Assembly (NCBI GenBank): GCA_964187785.1
Contig: OZ076420.1
Coordinates: forward strand, 55,180,001 to 55,244,000
From: Amphiscolops sp. MND2022
Lineage: Eukaryota
Reading direction: 5' to 3'
Length of the DNA: 64,000 nt
The translations under genes and the position numbers were made by a program. The notes beneath the pieces are model-generated. The model had not been told where the DNA came from, did no database searches, and saw only the letters and a list, made by a program, of their open reading frames with translations. Of the stretch, positions 60,245 through 64,000 are shown in pieces. How positions within the stretch are numbered: the stretch's first letter is position 1; every line of letters begins with the position of its first letter.

Positions 60245-62635
60245 ATGCCAACTTTTCAAGCGCATGCTTCGTTTACCGTGTCCAATGCTTCATCCTCCAA
60301 TTCCAATTACCAACAAATTCAAAATGTTATTAATAAATTGAACGTTGATGAAAACCCACAACCTCTACATGCACCAATCGCTGCCAGTGTCGCAGTGACG
60401 AGCCACGTGTTACCTCCACCGACCCACGAGTTGCCAACATACGCCGAATCCCAATCGTGCCGAAATTTGCTTGTCCTTCAACCTCCCGGGCCGTCTCCGA
60501 GGGTTGACCAAGTTGACCCGTACGACTTCGTCTCTTCCAGTCTCTCCAATTCCCTCACCCCACCGCCGCGACCATACCTCGACCCAATCCCAGCTCAACA
60601 AACTGACCGCCGCGGTCCACTGACTTCCACTCCTCTGCGCCCGTTGCCGTGTCAACCACATGCTCAACCGACGGACACCTCTCTTACCCCCGTCACACGC
60701 AGTCCCGAGGTGTTTTCGCCCATAGGCACCGGGACTACCGTGGCAAAGATTGACAGAGGCTTGTCGTTGAACGACGAGCAATCAAAAAATATGCAGAAGT
60801 GGGCAGATAGTCGCTCGTACATCGAACACTTGACCAAGGTTGATGCCACGCCTCCGAAAGAAGACTGTCTGCTTGTCTTCCAATGTCTAATCATAATGTG
60901 GTGTTACATTAACAGTTACCCGTCGCGACTCCTTAAGAGGTTCACTGTGTACGACTTTGTGAACATTGTCGACAAAAATAACGAAGACAAGGAATTCGTT
61001 GTCAGTGTACTTGATGGCAACAAGTACAAATATCGAACGGCTTTAAAATTCAACAAGTTTGAAAAACAAGTGATGACATTTTATTTCAAACGTATACGAC
61101 CACTATGGATCAGCGGTTTGAAGTTGTTGAACGATAGTTTTTCTACCTGCATTGATACTATTAGTAACAATAAAATACAAGAAATTACTCAAATTTTTTT
61201 CTACAATTCCAATGGAAACAAACAGCTGAATGTTGCAAGAATTTGTGAAAACTTTCAAGCTAAAATGACGGCGCCGCACAAAAAGTCTAAACCAAAAGCA
61301 TCACTGGATGACAAACTAGGCCCTAGTTCATCCAGTGCTCAAGTCCCGGATCCGATCAACAAAATTTCGAGTCAACAAACTCCTCTGGAAGTGGCTCTAG
61401 TGACATCGGATGTGTTGGAAAATAACGAAAACGTTGATCCTGAACCTAGAAGGAAGCGTTTGTCACATCACGAGCTGATGCTAATTTCCCCCATTTCGAA
61501 GAAACGCTTATTTTACTCAACTGACAACCAGAGCATGTCTGCTAGTTTCAATGCCGTGAAAAAATTCTTCCAAACGCCAAAGAATGTTGATGAGACTATT
61601 CCAACGCCTGCGGAGTGTTGCAACATTATCTGCAAAAACACCAACATTGATTCAAGTTTGGCCAAAACGCTCGGTGAAAGAGTCAATGACCACTTGCGGT
61701 ACAAACTAGTCAATTTGCGAGTTCAGAAATCGTTGAATTTTTTCACTGGAGCAATTCGGCCATCCACAGACGATATAGCGAAGTTTGCACGAAATCGTGG
61801 TTCGTCTGATGTTGCACGAATTGTCGACAAAACGTTCGCATCATGGAAGCCAGCTCCCGCCAGTGACACAAGAAGGTCCACCCGCAACACGCCCCTTGAA
61901 GAACCTGCAGCTGCTCTACCCTCCAGAGGAGTGAACATCTTCTTCTGCAAATCGACGTCTACCATCTGCAACACTCCGAAGGTATCAGAGTACCTCAGCA
62001 GTCAACAATGGCCCTTTCTCCAGGTTTGCGAGAGAATCGTTTTTAGTAACGGTACTTTTGGAAGAGGCGTTGTTACGACAGCTAAGATCTGTGAGTCAGA
62101 AATAGTTTGCGACTATCACACAGATGTAATCGTTACCCAGAGTGTCCTTTTTCAACGGGAAAACACGCAATACATGATGGACTGTGGAGATATTGTTTTT
62201 GACGCCACCTTGGACACGTGCGCCTGTCACCCTGGACGGAGGACGTTCGGACGTCTCCTGAATTACAGACCATCTAACCATCCAGAGTGCAATGTCCGGG
62301 CCAGACGAGTCTCGATCAATGGCAAGCATGTAATTTTGTTCATCGCAAAAAGACCAATCGAAATATTGGAAGAACTCTGTTTCGACTATAACGACCCGAA
62401 ATGTAGAACGGAATTCGGACCTGCAGCTTACGTGCGTTCCGCCGGCGTCACGCCTCAAACGTCAACGGTTTCCCGTTCTGTATTCTCTCGTTTTGAAACT
62501 CCTGAGTCTTTGACCCCTGAGCAGCCAGTGCAATCCACTGCCCAATCGGACCCCCAAACCCACTCTTCAACCACTGGCACTGACCCTTCATCTCAGACTA
62601 ATTATTTGTCAATTCTTCCGGCCAGTGAACTTTGA
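60245..62635 (+). CDS. 796-aa intronless protein: Pro-rich N-terminus, degenerate tyrosine-recombinase-like segment, SETD8/PR-Set7-like SET domain
   Basis: SET at ~62009-62395: FGRGVVTT..EIVCDYH..YMM..DAT..GRLLNY..NV..ILFIAKRPI..EELCFDY. Segment ~60870-61270 (RFTVYDF..FVVSV..YFKRIRP..FFYNSNG) resembles the first half of a YR fold. Confidence 0.8.
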   Translation: MPTFQAHASFTVSNASSSNSNYQQIQNVINKLNVDENPQPLHAPIAASVAVTSHVLPPPTHELPTYAESQSCRNLLVLQPPGPSPRVDQVDPYDFVSSSLSNSLTPPPRPYLDPIPAQQTDRRGPLTSTPLRPLPCQPHAQPTDTSLTPVTRSPEVFSPIGTGTTVAKIDRGLSLNDEQSKNMQKWADSRSYIEHLTKVDATPPKEDCLLVFQCLIIMWCYINSYPSRLLKRFTVYDFVNIVDKNNEDKEFVVSVLDGNKYKYRTALKFNKFEKQVMTFYFKRIRPLWISGLKLLNDSFSTCIDTISNNKIQEITQIFFYNSNGNKQLNVARICENFQAKMTAPHKKSKPKASLDDKLGPSSSSAQVPDPINKISSQQTPLEVALVTSDVLENNENVDPEPRRKRLSHHELMLISPISKKRLFYSTDNQSMSASFNAVKKFFQTPKNVDETIPTPAECCNIICKNTNIDSSLAKTLGERVNDHLRYKLVNLRVQKSLNFFTGAIRPSTDDIAKFARNRGSSDVARIVDKTFASWKPAPASDTRRSTRNTPLEEPAAALPSRGVNIFFCKSTSTICNTPKVSEYLSSQQWPFLQVCERIVFSNGTFGRGVVTTAKICESEIVCDYHTDVIVTQSVLFQRENTQYMMDCGDIVFDATLDTCACHPGRRTFGRLLNYRPSNHPECNVRARRVSINGKHVILFIAKRPIEILEELCFDYNDPKCRTEFGPAAYVRSAGVTPQTSTVSRSVFSRFETPESLTPEQPVQSTAQSDPQTHSSTTGTDPSSQTNYLSILPASEL

Positions 62636-62689
62636 TCATGTATTTTGAGCTTCGAACCGTCGAAAATTGCGCAAACATTCTCCGTCAAG

Positions 62690-63501
62690 TAATTAGGATT
62701 AAGTGATTGGGCTAGGTTGATCAGAACAAAGAAGAGTGGAATAACTGTATTTTCAGCATCTAAAACTAATAGTTCGTAGGCTTCGCCTCGTGTTGGTTTG
62801 GATGGAGCGATACAATTGTTCCACTCAACAAAAAAATAAAAAAAGAGTTGATGGCTCACAAAAAACCAAAAAAAAGACAAAAAAAACGAAATGGGTTGAG
62901 AAACCCACCAAAAACATCAGAAAAGAGTTGATGCAAGAGCAACTTCATTTTCTCTAGTCAATAATTCGTAGGCTTCGCCTCGTGTTGGTTTAGATGGATG
63001 TTTTTCTCTTGTTAGGCTCACAAAAAACCCAAAAAAACGAAATGGGTTTCTCAAGTTGAGAATCCCACCAAAAACATCAAAAAAGAGTTGGTGCAAGAGC
63101 AACTTGAAAAAAGATTCGGTCCAAGTTCATCTGAATCATCTGTAGTCAATGGTTCTTAGGCTTCGCCTCGTGTTGACTTGCATGGTTCTGATATCCTCGT
63201 TCCACTTGCTAGAAAAACTTTGTTGAACAAAAAAATTAAAAAATGCGAAATCCAAAAAAATGAGAAGTGTCGGTCCAAGTTCATCTTAACCATCTGTAGC
63301 CAGTGGTTCGTAGGCTTCGCCTCGTGTTGGCTTGGATGGTTGTGATGCCCTCGTTCTACTTGCTAAAAAACGAAAAAATCCAAAATGAAAAATCTAACAA
63401 AATGCAAAATCCAAAAAACCGTTTTTTGGGGCCCAGATAGCGTGTGTCCTCGTCGCGGCCCTGGGTACTGGTGTGACAAGACCAGTAGCAAGAGCGCTAT
63501 C
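62690..63501 (-). repeat. Trailer module T, copy 3 (four hairpin units)
   Basis: AGGCTTCGCCT at 62778, 62970, 63158 and 63312; homology to copy 2 stops sharply after GAGCGCTATC at 63501. Confidence 0.85.
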
Positions 63502-63647
63502 CAATCGTAACTCATGAATTACCACGAGATCTTGTACCTACTGGCGTCGAATCTTGTACCTCAGAACAATAAAGAAACCCATCATTGTTATGACTCTTCA
63601 GCACATGTACAGGAGTTACGGAAAATTACTTATCTCGCCTTGAGATT

Positions 63648-63748
63648 AGACCTGAAGATCGTGTCCATTTAAAATTAACTGATACTATTCCCATTCACTG
63701 AATGGGAATAGTATCAGTTAATTTTAAATGGACACGATCTTCAGGTCT
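63648..63748. repeat. 101-bp perfect palindrome (50-bp arms, 1-nt centre C63698)
   Basis: CCCATTCA-C-TGAATGGG centre. Confidence 0.93.
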
Positions 63749-64000
63749 TCTGTGGCACAGAATCGAAATCGACATCGCTTCCAGAACACCGAAGCAGGAA
63801 GAAGACGAGCCTGACTATCCCACAAGCGAACCACTCAGACGCAAACGCCAGGAGGATGTCGAAGAGATGAATCTGACAATTAACACTGATGTGGCTCAAG
63901 ACGATGGGAAAGAAATGAAGTTCACCAACTGTGAGAGGACAGCGGCCTCAGATGACTCCATAGCGAACGACAACCATCTGACGTACCGCCTCACAGACGT
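63745..64000 (+). CDS. Possible exon running off the window end (LLWHRIEIDIASRTPKQEEDEPDY...)
   Basis: About 84 stop-free, charged codons after a TTCAG acceptor-like site; no domain recognised. Confidence 0.3.

Noticed and set aside
18412-63501. Polinton/Maverick or endogenous virus
   Set aside because: No protein-primed PolB, packaging ATPase, capsid or adenoviral protease motifs seen, and no terminal AG-repeat TIRs.
38102-63501. Autonomous Helitron
   Set aside because: No HUH Rep or PIF1 helicase motifs in any ORF, and no clear 5' TC end; only 3'-end-like motifs.
38102-63501. Bacterial integron attC cassettes
   Set aside because: Cargo genes have spliceosomal introns; no GTTRRRY/RYYYAAC boxes or IntI. 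Analogy only.
1-64000. tRNA/rRNA genes
   Set aside because: None recognised; the only tRNA-like sequence is the 18-nt PBS.

Overview
Eukaryotic (animal-like, spliceosomal introns, AT-rich) repeat-dense window with a 200-N gap at 15041-15240. (1) About 1-14 kb is a decayed Ty3/Gypsy LTR retrotransposon on the minus strand: gag, PR, RT, RH and IN, a tRNA-Arg-like PBS and a candidate 5' LTR. Its Pol extends into two degenerate TARG1/Poa1p-like macro domains, and extra ORFs follow. (2) About 15-64 kb is a mosaic of shared modules. One TE-like promoter/5'UTR block precedes three unrelated, essentially uninterrupted genes: a Tudor-like gene, a 3-exon Transib/RAG1-like DDE + BRCT gene, and a tyrosine-recombinase-remnant + SETD8-like SET gene. 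One trailer of stacked GCGAAGC mini-hairpin/CTAG units follows three unrelated ORFs (SGNH hydrolase, Transib-like, SET). The region also holds three arrays of a 77-bp hairpin-containing satellite, kb-scale inverted duplications, four long palindromes that all have a 1-nt centre, 9-bp-TSD MITEs in introns, LTR remnants, and two paralogous multi-exon zinc-finger/hAT-like pseudogenes. The best candidate for an undescribed system is a modular 'promoter - swappable chromatin-gene cargo - hairpin trailer - satellite' mobile unit. All protein family calls are by-eye motif matches, not database results; most coordinates are approximate to a few bp.
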